Source: Parcubacteria group bacterium (GTDB lineage Bacteria; Patescibacteriota; Minisyncoccia; Phycocordibacterales; Phycocordibacteraceae). From it: a stretch of 64,000 nucleotides of DNA. Shown here one piece after another: positions 30,710 through 39,960 of this stretch; position 1 is the first letter of the stretch; each line of letters begins with the position of its first letter. The translations under genes and the position numbers were made by a program. The notes beneath the pieces are model-generated. The model was not told the DNA's origin. It searched no databases and saw only the letters and a program-made list of their open reading frames with translations. The stretch covers positions 464,065 through 528,064 of the forward strand of contig JAQBRE010000002.1 of NCBI GenBank assembly GCA_028286605.1. The letters run 5' to 3'.

Positions 30710-31582
30710 TTAGTAGAACGAATAGGAGAGCTTGCCGAAAAGTTTCGGCCCCGGTCTCGTCCAGTCCTTCTCAAGCCTGGGAACCGGATTGAGTCGCGCA
30801 TCCCGTTGAGGAAGATACTCGAACCGCGTATCTTCCTTGCTGTACTCGCTGTACGTGGCGCCTAGCGTGCCGACAACGAGGCCGTATAGGAGCCTGCTCA
30901 CGCCTGCTTCGGCATACCACACGTTCTTGTGAGGAACGGCGGTCTCCGAATTGACGTTGTGAACTGAAGTTAAGTTTAGATAGAACTTCGCATCGCTGAG
31001 AATGGGCCCGTTGATGCGAACGCCAGCCATATCCCAGAAGAGCGGATTGTTATGTCCCACCGGAACATCCTTCACCGCCCGAACATAAGGCATGACCTTC
31101 AGCGATCCTACGATTTTCACAGGATAGCCGAGCTGGCCGGTAACCTCGATGTAGTCGTCGCTCATGCCGGCATTGTGGCCCGTGTCGATGAATCGATAGT
31201 TGACGGAGCCCAGATATTCGAAGGTGCCGAGCCGCGTCTGGTCTGCGTTGTGATACGCGAGTTCCAGCTGCTCCTCGTTACCCAAGCCCAAGCGCCCGTA
31301 GCTGCGCCCCGAAGAGAGCATGTTCAGCGTGCGCCAGGTGCCGGTGAAGTGATCGTAAGTGTAGGAGATCGAGGTCTGCGCCACAGTCTTTTCCGGAGCG
31401 AGATCGATCCCATAATTCGGATCGAGATGGCCTTGGGAGAGGCCGATCTCGATCGTGCCGCCGTTACCGTTCGGCGAATTCAATTCTTCCGCATAGGCGG
31501 GAGCTGCGTAGAGAACGACAGCGACCAACACGGAACGTAAGAGAGTTATTCCATTCGTACGCATCGTAGTAAGCCTTTCCAC
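30710..31582 (-). CDS. Secreted beta-strand-rich protein, outer-membrane beta-barrel-like
   Basis: Signal peptide (AYA/E), alternating amphipathic strands, C-terminal GKLSYSFY. Confidence 0.55.
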   Translation of the reverse strand: MERLTTMRTNGITLLRSVLVAVVLYAAPAYAEELNSPNGNGGTIEIGLSQGHLDPNYGIDLAPEKTVAQTSISYTYDHFTGTWRTLNMLSSGRSYGRLGLGNEEQLELAYHNADQTRLGTFEYLGSVNYRFIDTGHNAGMSDDYIEVTGQLGYPVKIVGSLKVMPYVRAVKDVPVGHNNPLFWDMAGVRINGPILSDAKFYLNLTSVHNVNSETAVPHKNVWYAEAGVSRLLYGLVVGTLGATYSEYSKEDTRFEYLPQRDARLNPVPRLEKDWTRPGPKLFGKLSYSFY

Positions 31583-31716
31583 TAACTAAGGAACGGGAGG
31601 GAATACCCTACCCACTGAAGGCAGGTATATAGTAAAAAATACTTTTGTCAAATTATGGGATGAGTACTTCCTATCTTCATGCAATATCCACGAGGAGGAG
31701 GTATCATCAGGCGTAT

Positions 31717-32376
31717 ATGACTACACGACGCTATATTCTCGCTTCGGGCGCAACTCTCGTATTCGTAGCGGTGCTTATGTATGCAGGTACCAGCCTTGCG
31801 CAAGTAAATAATGCTCCGTCTTGCTCGAGCACTATGCAGAACGTAAACGTGAATCAGACCGCGGTCTTCACTGCTTCAGGCGGCAACGGATCCTATGTGT
31901 GGTCTGCTAATAGCTTCAGCTCGATGGGTGATTCTTCAGGCTCGCAGTTTTTAGTAAGCTTCCCGTCATCCGGTACGAATACCGTTCAGGTACGAAGTAA
32001 CGGCCAGACAAGCACGTGCTCGATTACGGTTCTTCCTGCGACGAGCAGCGATTCGAATTTCGTTTCGAACAGTTCCTCATCCGGCACGCTTGAATGTCTT
32101 CCTAGCTCGCAAAGCGTTGCAGCAGGACAGACGGCCTCTCTCACTGCCACCGGCGGCAACGGTTCCTACTTCTGGAACATACCGGAGCTCTCGCTCAATA
32201 ACCCTACTGGTACCGGCTCATACGTAACGTATGTTACTCCGGGCACCCGTACCGTTACGGTAACGAGCGGAGGCGCTTCTGCGACGTGCTCCATAGATGT
32301 GATTGGCACCGCAGTTACGCCCGTGGTTACCGTGCCTGGCCTACCCAATACTGGTGGTGGCTATGGCAAGTGGTAG
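31717..32376 (+). CDS. Secreted protein with two Ig/PKD-like repeats and terminal LPNTG motif
   Basis: Repeated QTA..TA.GGNGSY.W...GT.TV.V.S.G....CSI.V; LPNTGGG near the end. Confidence 0.8.
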   Translation: MTTRRYILASGATLVFVAVLMYAGTSLAQVNNAPSCSSTMQNVNVNQTAVFTASGGNGSYVWSANSFSSMGDSSGSQFLVSFPSSGTNTVQVRSNGQTSTCSITVLPATSSDSNFVSNSSSSGTLECLPSSQSVAAGQTASLTATGGNGSYFWNIPELSLNNPTGTGSYVTYVTPGTRTVTVTSGGASATCSIDVIGTAVTPVVTVPGLPNTGGGYGKW

Positions 32377-32379
32377 CGC

Positions 32380-33051
32380 ATGAATAAGGGACGCTCGCTT
32401 TCCTGGCAGGCAGCGCTCGTGCTTCCTCTTGCTGCAGGCTTTTTCGGTACCGCGATATCAATCGTGATAAGCGATAGCGTGCATGCCGTGATGAACGATG
32501 GCGCGAGCGCGCTGCAGAAGATAGCTACCACGACCGCAGCCTCCGTGCCTACGACGGTTTCTGTGCAGACTGATGACACTACCGCTGCTGGGAATCCTGT
32601 ACGTCTTATCATTCCCTCAATCGGCATTGATGCTGCGGTGCAATCGGTAGGTATTGCCGAAACGGGTACCGGAGATATCGGTACTCCAAATAATGCGACA
32701 GATGTCGCATGGTATAACCGCGGGCCGGTGCCCGGATCTCCTGGTATCGCTATTATCGACGGCCATCTTGATACCCATACCGTTCCTGAAGCGGTGTTCT
32801 ATCATCTTGGAGATCTCACCGAAGGGGAGAGCATCTATGTAACGGACCGAGCCGGCGTGCAGCAACGGTTCGTGGTTACGGGGCGACAGCAACTTGCCTA
32901 CGATGCAGACACCAGCATGCTTTTCGTACATTCTAATACGCCACAGATTGCCCTTATAACATGCGCGGGCGATTGGGTGCCGGATAAGCACGAGTATACC
33001 GATCGCGTCGTGGTATTCGCCACGCTCGCAAACGAGAGCGTGCATATCTAA
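32380..33051 (+). CDS. Class F sortase
   Basis: PVRLIIPSIGIDA; VAWY..GPVPG; IDGHLD; LITC; R. Confidence 0.92.
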   Translation: MNKGRSLSWQAALVLPLAAGFFGTAISIVISDSVHAVMNDGASALQKIATTTAASVPTTVSVQTDDTTAAGNPVRLIIPSIGIDAAVQSVGIAETGTGDIGTPNNATDVAWYNRGPVPGSPGIAIIDGHLDTHTVPEAVFYHLGDLTEGESIYVTDRAGVQQRFVVTGRQQLAYDADTSMLFVHSNTPQIALITCAGDWVPDKHEYTDRVVVFATLANESVHI

Positions 33052-33066
33052 AAACCTGAACGGCGT

Positions 33067-34533
33067 TTAACCCTTTGATGGTTGGTATCGTAGAAGAGTG
33101 AGCGTCATGCCAGCATACTGTGGTTTCAGCTCCGCCATGACAACGTTTGAGAATGGGTCGCTCTTGTAGAGCGCCGTCGTCATTAGTACGTACATCGGAC
33201 TCGTGGTGCTATAGCCATTCTGAATGAGAATAAAAGGATCCTTGTCTTTACTATAATATCTAATAGTGTCCCAGTCTGGATCATAGAAGGTAGCGATCGG
33301 AAGTGAGGGCTGCGTGCTGAGTATCGTACCAATGGTATGTTCTTCATATATCACTGCCTGCGGGCTACTGAAGTCAGATTGATAGTGAAACCCGACGTAT
33401 ATGCTGTTAGCAAACCCAAGTAGGACAATGACAATGAGTGAGGTCCAAAAGAATCGCTTATGAAGGATGGTCCTGCACTGCACGTACCAGCGTTCAAAGA
33501 GTAGAGCACTGATGATCGAGAAAAAGATAATACCTGGAAGTGCGTAATACGCGATCTTCGTTTGAGCTACCGCGAAGACTAGGAAGATGAAACAGACGCT
33601 CGCTACCAAAGCAGCCACCGTGCGATAGCGATTACCGAGGAATTTCTTGAAAAATAACGAGAGGATACTTGCAAGAAATAAGACACTCCACGGGAACGCA
33701 AAAAGAAATGTGTCCCGAACATAAACCCAATTGGATTGATAGCCGCCACCATTTACGTTTGAAACGAATCTCTGGAACACCTGATGAAAGAGGTAATCCT
33801 GCCAGAATATAAAACCGAACAAATACGTCTCATATACATGCCACGGCGCCAAAATAAGCAGCCCTATTGCTGCTCCGATCCAAAGGAATTTGCTTTTTAG
33901 CCAAGAAAAATCCTTATCGAATAAGGAAAAAATGATAATGGTTGAAATACCTAATGTGCCGATGATGCTTTTGAACATAATACCGACGGCCACTCCAGCC
34001 AGCACCCCCATGAGCCATCGCTTGTCCTTCTTTGCTCGCAGATAACAATAGAATGTGAAAAGAATTGCCATCATTACGCCAGATTCAATACGAAGCTGTC
34101 GTGCTGATTCGATGAAATCTCCGGTTCCTGCAAGGATAAAACCAGCAAGTATAGCTACGTAGGGACTTGCGGTCAGTTCAAACGCAATTGCCGTAACGAG
34201 CAGAATACTGATAAGACCCAGTACCGCAGCAGGGAGGCGGTAGGAGAGCTCTGGATCATGAAATACTTTGTCAGTCCCGAGCGCAAGCCAGAAATAGAGG
34301 GGAGGCTTGTTGAACCATGGCTGACCTTGGTCATAAAGCACGAAAAATGATGAGTGCTGGACGGTGCTTGCCAGCACCTCCGCATAGATAGCTTCGTCGT
34401 AGTCGGCAAATGGTGATTTCTGAAGATTCCAGAAGAGGAGGCAGGAGCTTGTTAGTAGTAGGGCACCAAGCAATACGAAAACAAGCTTGAAATTCGCTTG
34501 AGCAGCATTAATTAACGGCCCTTTAGGCGGCAT
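33067..34533 (-). CDS. ArnT/PMT-like membrane glycosyltransferase
   Basis: DEAIYAE; KPPLYFW; YRLP; many TM helices; AT-rich. Confidence 0.88.
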   Translation of the reverse strand: MPPKGPLINAAQANFKLVFVLLGALLLTSSCLLFWNLQKSPFADYDEAIYAEVLASTVQHSSFFVLYDQGQPWFNKPPLYFWLALGTDKVFHDPELSYRLPAAVLGLISILLVTAIAFELTASPYVAILAGFILAGTGDFIESARQLRIESGVMMAILFTFYCYLRAKKDKRWLMGVLAGVAVGIMFKSIIGTLGISTIIIFSLFDKDFSWLKSKFLWIGAAIGLLILAPWHVYETYLFGFIFWQDYLFHQVFQRFVSNVNGGGYQSNWVYVRDTFLFAFPWSVLFLASILSLFFKKFLGNRYRTVAALVASVCFIFLVFAVAQTKIAYYALPGIIFFSIISALLFERWYVQCRTILHKRFFWTSLIVIVLLGFANSIYVGFHYQSDFSSPQAVIYEEHTIGTILSTQPSLPIATFYDPDWDTIRYYSKDKDPFILIQNGYSTTSPMYVLMTTALYKSDPFSNVVMAELKPQYAGMTLTLLRYQPSKG

Positions 34534-34610
34534 ACATTCTATACGTAGCCAGATTGCAAAACGTTGCATCGTACACAGGAAGAGCCCAGAACATATTCGC
34601 GACAGAGTAT

Positions 34611-35036
34611 TTATGTAGCTGCAAATTCAACCATCCATTCGATGCCATATTTGTCTCTGAGCATGCCAAAATACGTACCCCATGCACCCTCACTCATTGG
34701 AACCTCAACTTCACCTCCTGCTGAAAGACCATCAAATATCGCGTCTGCTTCTTCCTTACTATCTGCGCTGACCGAAATCTTGCTTCGGTTTTCATTTTCA
34801 CTCACGGTACCCATAGACGAAGGCACATCATTAGCCATCAGTATGCTGTTCATACCAATCGGTAGCGAGATGAGTATGATTTTCTCTGCATCTGCGTCTG
34901 ATACGTGGGATCCTTGGCTCGCGAGATCCTTGAAACGAGTGATCTTCGTAAACTCACCACCGAATACTGATTTATAAAATGTAAACGCTTCTTCCGCATT
35001 GCCGTTGAAGTTGATCCAGGGATTTATTCTTGCCAT
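34611..35036 (-). CDS. VOC family protein (PhnB-like)
   Basis: FNGNAEEAFTFYKSVFGG; WGTYFGMLRDKYGIEWM. Confidence 0.9.
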   Translation of the reverse strand: MARINPWINFNGNAEEAFTFYKSVFGGEFTKITRFKDLASQGSHVSDADAEKIILISLPIGMNSILMANDVPSSMGTVSENENRSKISVSADSKEEADAIFDGLSAGGEVEVPMSEGAWGTYFGMLRDKYGIEWMVEFAAT

Positions 35037-35140
35037 ATTTGGTAATTATATCAGGAAGGCGAGTTGTCGTGCTCTATACTATTTAGCTCACCAAACTAAT
35101 AGTTATCAAAATCCCCGCACGTTTCCATGCGGGGTTTCTG

Positions 35141-35485
35141 TTATTTGAAGTTGAACAGACGTAACTTGAAACGCCTCGGCTTCCAGTCGTAATGAGCGTC
35201 TGCCCATCTTCTAGCCAGAGTGAGCAGCAAGATTCCTCCCAAACCCATAAAACCGGGAATCCGTTGGCTCGTGGGTTCTATAAGCATCATGCCTAAGCAC
35301 AACACTAATGCAGCCGCCATGCTGCCTAAGAATAGCAACAAGAATTTGTAAGGCCTTCGTGCGAATGGCGGAGGCTTCGAAGCTGGCAATGATCCAGACT
35401 TCGTGGTCGCATCATCAAGATGAACGACCTTGTCGCCATGGGAGCGAAAAAACCTCCCACGCTTTCTTACTTCAAGATAGGACAT
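35141..35485 (-). CDS. Hypothetical two-TM protein
   Basis: GGAG SD, TTGACT upstream, hairpin terminator downstream. Confidence 0.6.
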   Translation of the reverse strand: MSYLEVRKRGRFFRSHGDKVVHLDDATTKSGSLPASKPPPFARRPYKFLLLFLGSMAAALVLCLGMMLIEPTSQRIPGFMGLGGILLLTLARRWADAHYDWKPRRFKLRLFNFK

Positions 35486-35573
35486 CGTGAATCGCTCCAA
35501 GTGACAATGGTTCCTCTTGTATCTCAACAAAACCTTCGATTAAAGTCAACACGACCCAGCTCGTCTAAGCATA

Positions 35574-35617
35574 CTGGAAGAGGTTAGAACCTGTTTTGTA
35601 TAAAAGAAAGCCGCCCG
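35574..35617 (+). repeat. att-like arm plus terminator tail
   Basis: 38/44 identity to 36150-36193. Confidence 0.8.
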
Positions 35618-35660
35618 GAGGAACGCGGCAAGGATATTCCTCCGGGTTCGCTTCGGGCGG

Positions 35661-36068
35661 TCATGATGCCGTTTCGGGTTCCTGCTTGGGCACAGCGTAC
35701 ATATTCCAGTCATCGTCGAAACGGATCGACAGGTCAGTCTTCTGTTCGGGATATGCCCTGTGTACTGACCACTTAAGCATCTCGAACAGTATCGGTCTCA
35801 TTACATGCAGTTCGAAATGGTCGAAATCCACATATGGATTGATGCCGAACGGCTCGCCGCTAATCACATGCATTCGGTCGTGGCTCAGCACGACCTGACT
35901 ATAGAGCAACGCGATAGCCCGCTGCTCTTTGGTCGCTTTGCCGATCAGGATCTCGTCCGGCCTTCTCTTGAGCAGGAGTTGCGGCGGTGCAGCGGAGTTT
36001 TTGTGCGACAGTAGCTCCGAGAGGCTTTCATAAAGTCTCGCAGTGATTGCCAGAATATCCTCTTCCAA
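35661..36068 (-). CDS. Hypothetical protein
   Basis: AAGGAG SD before TTG start; TTGACA upstream; hairpin terminator. Confidence 0.7.
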   Translation of the reverse strand: MEEDILAITARLYESLSELLSHKNSAAPPQLLLKRRPDEILIGKATKEQRAIALLYSQVVLSHDRMHVISGEPFGINPYVDFDHFELHVMRPILFEMLKWSVHRAYPEQKTDLSIRFDDDWNMYAVPKQEPETAS

Positions 36069-36139
36069 AGATCTCTCCTTTGTCTAGCCGATAGGCTTAG
36101 TTACTTTATTGAATATTTAATATGAATTGTCAAGTATTT

Positions 36140-36193
36140 GCTCCACTGGCTGGAGGATGTTCGAACCTGCTTTGTATAAAAAGAAGCCGCCCG
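36140..36193 (+). repeat. att-like arm sharing GCTCC and TTCGAACCT with the tRNA-Asn 3' end
   Basis: GCTCCACTGGCTGGAGGATGTTCGAACCT versus tRNA complement GCTCCGCGGGTAGGATTCGAACCT. Confidence 0.8.
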
Positions 36194-36233
36194 AAGAGCG
36201 GGGAGATTGCTCTCCGGTCGGCTCTTCGAGCGG

Positions 36234-36461
36234 TTAGTTGAAATCGTTGATGAACTTCTCCATCTCTTCTGGCTTGCTTAGATGTCCGCCCATCATGAGC
36301 TGCATACCAAGCATAATTGCCGGATGGTTTTCAGTCGAAGAGTCGCTCCTGAGATCAGTCACCATCGAAGCATAGGCTCCAGGTATGTCGCCCGACTTCA
36401 GGACATCGAGTGCACGTACCTTGCACCATTCAAGATGATTTTGTTCTGCCATTTCAAACAC
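36234..36461 (-). CDS. Small hypothetical protein (phage-like)
   Basis: GGAG SD; HLEWCK.RAL...A.ASM..DL...TENH; terminator downstream. Confidence 0.7.
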   Translation of the reverse strand: MFEMAEQNHLEWCKVRALDVLKSGDIPGAYASMVTDLRSDSSTENHPAIMLGMQLMMGGHLSKPEEMEKFINDFN

Positions 36462-36561
36462 TCCATTTTGCTAAGAACAATTCTCAATGAGACCACGACC
36501 GAAATTATGGGCTCAATAGAGGGGAAGATATAAACCGTCTTCCCAAGTCGGTAGGCATAAT

Positions 36562-36930
36562 CTAGTGAAGGGTATCCTCATAGCTACGTTCACGGCGGAT
36601 ACGACGTAGCGTTGCCAGTTGCGCCACACTTTCGGGTGGAAGCCACTTGCCTTCGCGCCGTTGCCGCCGGAGGTAGTGCAGCTGTTCGTCATGGCAGAAA
36701 CTGCCGACAACGTTCACATGCTCGTCTTTAGTCTCGATTGCCCAATAGCAGGACGGACACCGGTGGTATCCGTCGTCGATGAGCATCTGAGTGGCTGCAT
36801 ACGCCGCGTTGAGCTTAGCGAGTCTTATCTTTGGGCTTGCGCTGCCCCAGCAATTGCTGACGCGCAGCACGTGCTTGTGGAAGCCTAGCAGAAGCGCGAC
36901 GGCGAAGTAGGCACGATAAAGCTTGTGCAT
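36562..36930 (-). CDS. Hypothetical protein with CxxC and Cys/His residues
   Basis: AAAGGTG SD; TTGACA promoter directly after the tRNA. Confidence 0.6.
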   Translation of the reverse strand: MHKLYRAYFAVALLLGFHKHVLRVSNCWGSASPKIRLAKLNAAYAATQMLIDDGYHRCPSCYWAIETKDEHVNVVGSFCHDEQLHYLRRQRREGKWLPPESVAQLATLRRIRRERSYEDTLH

Positions 36931-37011
36931 GACGCACCTTTCTAAAACGGCAAAGAGCCTGTTGATTCAGGCTCTATAATAAACATATTTATACTACATT
37001 GTCAACTCGAG

Positions 37012-37083
37012 CTCCGCGGGTAGGATTCGAACCTACGACCAAGTCGTTAACAGCGACCTGCTCTACCACTGAGCTACCGCGGA
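37012..37083 (-). tRNA. tRNA-Asn (GTT), CCA not encoded
   Basis: TCCGCGG/CCGCGGA acceptor stem, TAGCTCAGTGGTAGAGC D-arm, CTGTTAA anticodon loop, GGTTCGAATCC T-arm. Confidence 0.97.
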
Positions 37084-37190
37084 ATAGTCGTATTCTAGCC
37101 GAAAAATCTGATTCGGCAATGGGGAATCTGGTGTTGACGCTTCGCCTGTTGGTGGGCTACGCTTCTGCTGGAGTTTGGAGAGTACAGGGG

Positions 37191-37586
37191 ATGAGTGATG
37201 CGCACCGGCTTGAAGGATATGAACGAACGAGAATTGAGGAACTGCATGCGTGGGTGGTCAGGCTCTATATGGTTGCCGTCGCGCCAGGTGGTGAATACAG
37301 CGTCGAGCATCAGAAGATTCTCGAACTGATATCACCTGAAATTTATCAGGATACGGAGGGGAAACGATTCCGTGTCCTTGGAATTGAGCGGGGTCGCACT
37401 GCAACGGGCCACACGGCATACTTCGTCCTGACCGCGTCAGCGGATACGAAGACGAAGAGGCCGAATGGCCGGCGACTGCTCGTTGGTACGGAGCACGGAG
37501 AGAAGTCCGGATGGTTCCAGTATCTGAGCATGCCGGACGGTTCGCAGCGCGAGCGATTTACCTTATGTGCAAAAGAAGCGCTCTAG
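37191..37586 (+). CDS. Hypothetical protein
   Basis: GGAG/AGGGG upstream of ATG 37191; hairpin terminator at 37594-37624. Confidence 0.6.
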   Translation: MSDAHRLEGYERTRIEELHAWVVRLYMVAVAPGGEYSVEHQKILELISPEIYQDTEGKRFRVLGIERGRTATGHTAYFVLTASADTKTKRPNGRRLLVGTEHGEKSGWFQYLSMPDGSQRERFTLCAKEAL

Positions 37587-37667
37587 CGAGCCAGCCCCAC
37601 GGTCTTCATCGATCGTGGGGCTTTCGTTTGATACACTGAACCCATTACACGCTTACCTCATTCACCT

Positions 37668-37910
37668 ATGCTCACACTGTATGTTAAGACCGGCTGTCCG
37701 TATTGCGCGAAAGTACTCGCCGCAGGCGAGGAGCTCGGGATTGAATTTGATCTGAAGAATAGCAGTGACCCAGCAATGGTTGAAGAACTCATTGCACGCG
37801 GGGGTAAGCGGCAATTTCCGTATCTGGTTGATAGTGACAACAATACGGAGATGTATGAGTCGGACGATATCGTAGAATATCTGCACAAGCATTTTGGAAA
37901 AGAAGCGTAA
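37668..37910 (+). CDS. Glutaredoxin/GST-N-terminal-like protein
   Basis: CPYC; GGKRQFPYLVD; MYESDDIVEYL. Confidence 0.92.
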   Translation: MLTLYVKTGCPYCAKVLAAGEELGIEFDLKNSSDPAMVEELIARGGKRQFPYLVDSDNNTEMYESDDIVEYLHKHFGKEA

Positions 37911-37920
37911 CAAAAAACAT

Positions 37921-38292
37921 ATGGAAATATACTTCAAGCTCATACATCAGGATGTGCCGAAGGACCTTCTGGCACGAACGGAGAAAAAGATCGCACGGCT
38001 TGATAAGCTCACCGGCGAAGGGAAGTTCGAGGCACAGGCCTATGTTGAAATAACGAAAGTCACCGGTTCGCAGCATTCTGAAGCGGCGTGGCGTGCAAGC
38101 ATCAATGTGGACGCCGCAGGCGATCGCTTCCATGCAGAGGCGTCGGAAGCGACGCCCGAGAGAGCAGCAGATCGTGCGGTACGGGAACTAGAAAGCGAGC
38201 TGCGAACGCATCATGCACGTGGGCGTAGCATTCATCGAAAGGAGAACGGGTTCTGGAAATCGCTTATGCAGAACGATTTCAGATCACCGTAG
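37921..38292 (+). CDS. Ribosome hibernation factor (HPF/RaiA family), divergent
   Basis: EKKIARLDK...VEI...ASINV....FHAEA....AAD.A..ELE. Confidence 0.7.
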   Translation: MEIYFKLIHQDVPKDLLARTEKKIARLDKLTGEGKFEAQAYVEITKVTGSQHSEAAWRASINVDAAGDRFHAEASEATPERAADRAVRELESELRTHHARGRSIHRKENGFWKSLMQNDFRSP

Positions 38293-39136
38293 CGCTGAAC
38301 TGGGCGTAGGGCATCGCACGCTTGCCTTCGGGAACGACTTCTTCGATAACGAAGGAGTCGTTTTCGTATGAGGCTTTCGTTATTTTCACGCGCATCTGCT
38401 TGTCGTTCCTCTGTACGAAAAAATAAAGGCCGGGCCAGCCTTCGTAAGCACAGTATTTAAGATAGTTCGCGCGGGCCGGGCCATTCGGGTCGATGAGTCC
38501 GTCTTCCTTCTCTGTCTTGCGCGTGTAGGTGGCAAGGTCGTGCTGCTGCGGGGTTGGCGTGATGGTGCCCGCGACCCATACGGGCATCGTGGCGGCCGCC
38601 ATGCGGCCGCCGGCGCGTGCCAGCACTTCTGAAAGTGCGCTTCGCATAATCGGCCATCCTGCAATCTCGATACGTTCCTGCGCGATGATCGGTCCGTGAT
38701 CCATTTCTGCATCCATCTGCATCAAGCTCACGCCAACGCCCTGTTCATCAGCAAGCAGCTGCGCTTCGATAGGTGCGGCACCGCGATACTTCGGCAGAAG
38801 CGAAGGGTGCACGTTCAGGCATCCGCCTGGCGTAAGCGTCAGGATGTTGTCGCGAAGGATCTTTCCATATGCCGCAACGAGCAACACGTCGCAGCCATAT
38901 TCTGCAAGTGATGCCACAAAGACGTCATCAAGCTTCTCGGGCTGCAATACCGGAATGCCGTGCGCTTCGCCCCATACCTTCACTTCGGGCTTCGTGAGCT
39001 GCATGCCGCGCCCTGCGGGCTTATCTGGTGCTGTAACGATGACGGCAGGCAGCATGCCTGCCGTCTCTAGTTCTTCCAATACCCACACCGCAACCATCGG
39101 CGTACCGAAGAACCCATAGCAAAGATCAGTCTTCAT
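38279..39136 (-). CDS. fmt: Methionyl-tRNA formyltransferase
   Basis: FFGTP; PDKPAGRG; NVHPSLLPKYRGAAPI; MDHGPI. Confidence 0.96.
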   Translation of the reverse strand: MKTDLCYGFFGTPMVAVWVLEELETAGMLPAVIVTAPDKPAGRGMQLTKPEVKVWGEAHGIPVLQPEKLDDVFVASLAEYGCDVLLVAAYGKILRDNILTLTPGGCLNVHPSLLPKYRGAAPIEAQLLADEQGVGVSLMQMDAEMDHGPIIAQERIEIAGWPIMRSALSEVLARAGGRMAAATMPVWVAGTITPTPQQHDLATYTRKTEKEDGLIDPNGPARANYLKYCAYEGWPGLYFFVQRNDKQMRVKITKASYENDSFVIEEVVPEGKRAMPYAQFSATVI

Positions 39137-39656
39137 GGTGGATGTATTCGCCTGCACGTGCCGATTCGAACTGTATGTGCGCATGGTCCGTGAAGAGAAT
39201 ACCATCCAAATGATTCGTCTCGTGCTGGAACACCTGCGCAAGGATACCGCCTCCGCCACGCTCGAACTTCTTTCCATTCGCATCATACGCACGCAGCGTC
39301 GCGCGATCATGACGAATGGTCTTTCCATAGATACCGCGCACAGAAAGACAGCCTTCATCCATTTCCACTTGGCGGCGCGAAGACTTTATGAATTCAGGAT
39401 TGATATATACGCCGAGCTGCGTACCCATGGCAGCTGCTTCTTCGCTGGATACGAGCCGATCATAGCGAACGATGAACAGGCGCTTTGAAACGCCAACCTG
39501 GGGTGCTGCAAGGGCAACGCCGTCCGGCTCTGCATCGAGCGTCCGCGCCATATCATCAATGAGATCCTGCAGGGCAGGCGTGCCGAATTCCTCCGCAGGC
39601 ATTTGCGGAGCTATTTCACGAAGTACGGGGTCGCCGTCCTGAACTATTACAGACAT
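39126..39656 (-). CDS. def: Peptide deformylase
   Basis: GVALAAPQVG; EGCLS; QHETNHLDG. Confidence 0.97.
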   Translation of the reverse strand: MSVIVQDGDPVLREIAPQMPAEEFGTPALQDLIDDMARTLDAEPDGVALAAPQVGVSKRLFIVRYDRLVSSEEAAAMGTQLGVYINPEFIKSSRRQVEMDEGCLSVRGIYGKTIRHDRATLRAYDANGKKFERGGGGILAQVFQHETNHLDGILFTDHAHIQFESARAGEYIHHED

Positions 39657-39685
39657 GCGGACACCATAGCATATACACGGGTACG

Positions 39686-39880
39686 AAAAAGCCGACTTCA
39701 TTTGAAGTCGGCGATAAAGACATAAAGCACGGCAACAGAAAATCTGGTGCCGCCAGCGCATACAGCAAGGCCAAAGGGAGGGACGACCCCGCGCAAGAAC
39801 GTCCTCCAGGGGAGAGCAGGCCTCAAACCGTAGCGCTAGCGGCACCTCCGTCGCAAGATACTTTCGTTTGTTGTCTTTCA
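39686..39880 (-). ncRNA. Rod-shaped ncRNA of about 160 nt with its own terminator (6S-like candidate)
   Basis: Seven nested stems with many G-U pairs valid only on the minus strand; terminator 39686-39712. Confidence 0.7.
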
Positions 39881-39960
39881 GCGTTATATATCGCCTATGA
39901 CACGATTTCTCCTACGACAGAACTTGATTCCAAAATGAACTGGTCCCACGCATCCTATGA

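Noticed and set aside
35574-36230. Classical integron attC sites
   Set aside because: There are no RYYYAAC/GTTRRRY paired boxes and no intI; the hairpins have U-tails typical of terminators.
36999-37190. N-terminal extension of the ORF over the tRNA
   Set aside because: It is the antisense translation of tRNA-Asn; ATG 37191 has an SD-like sequence.
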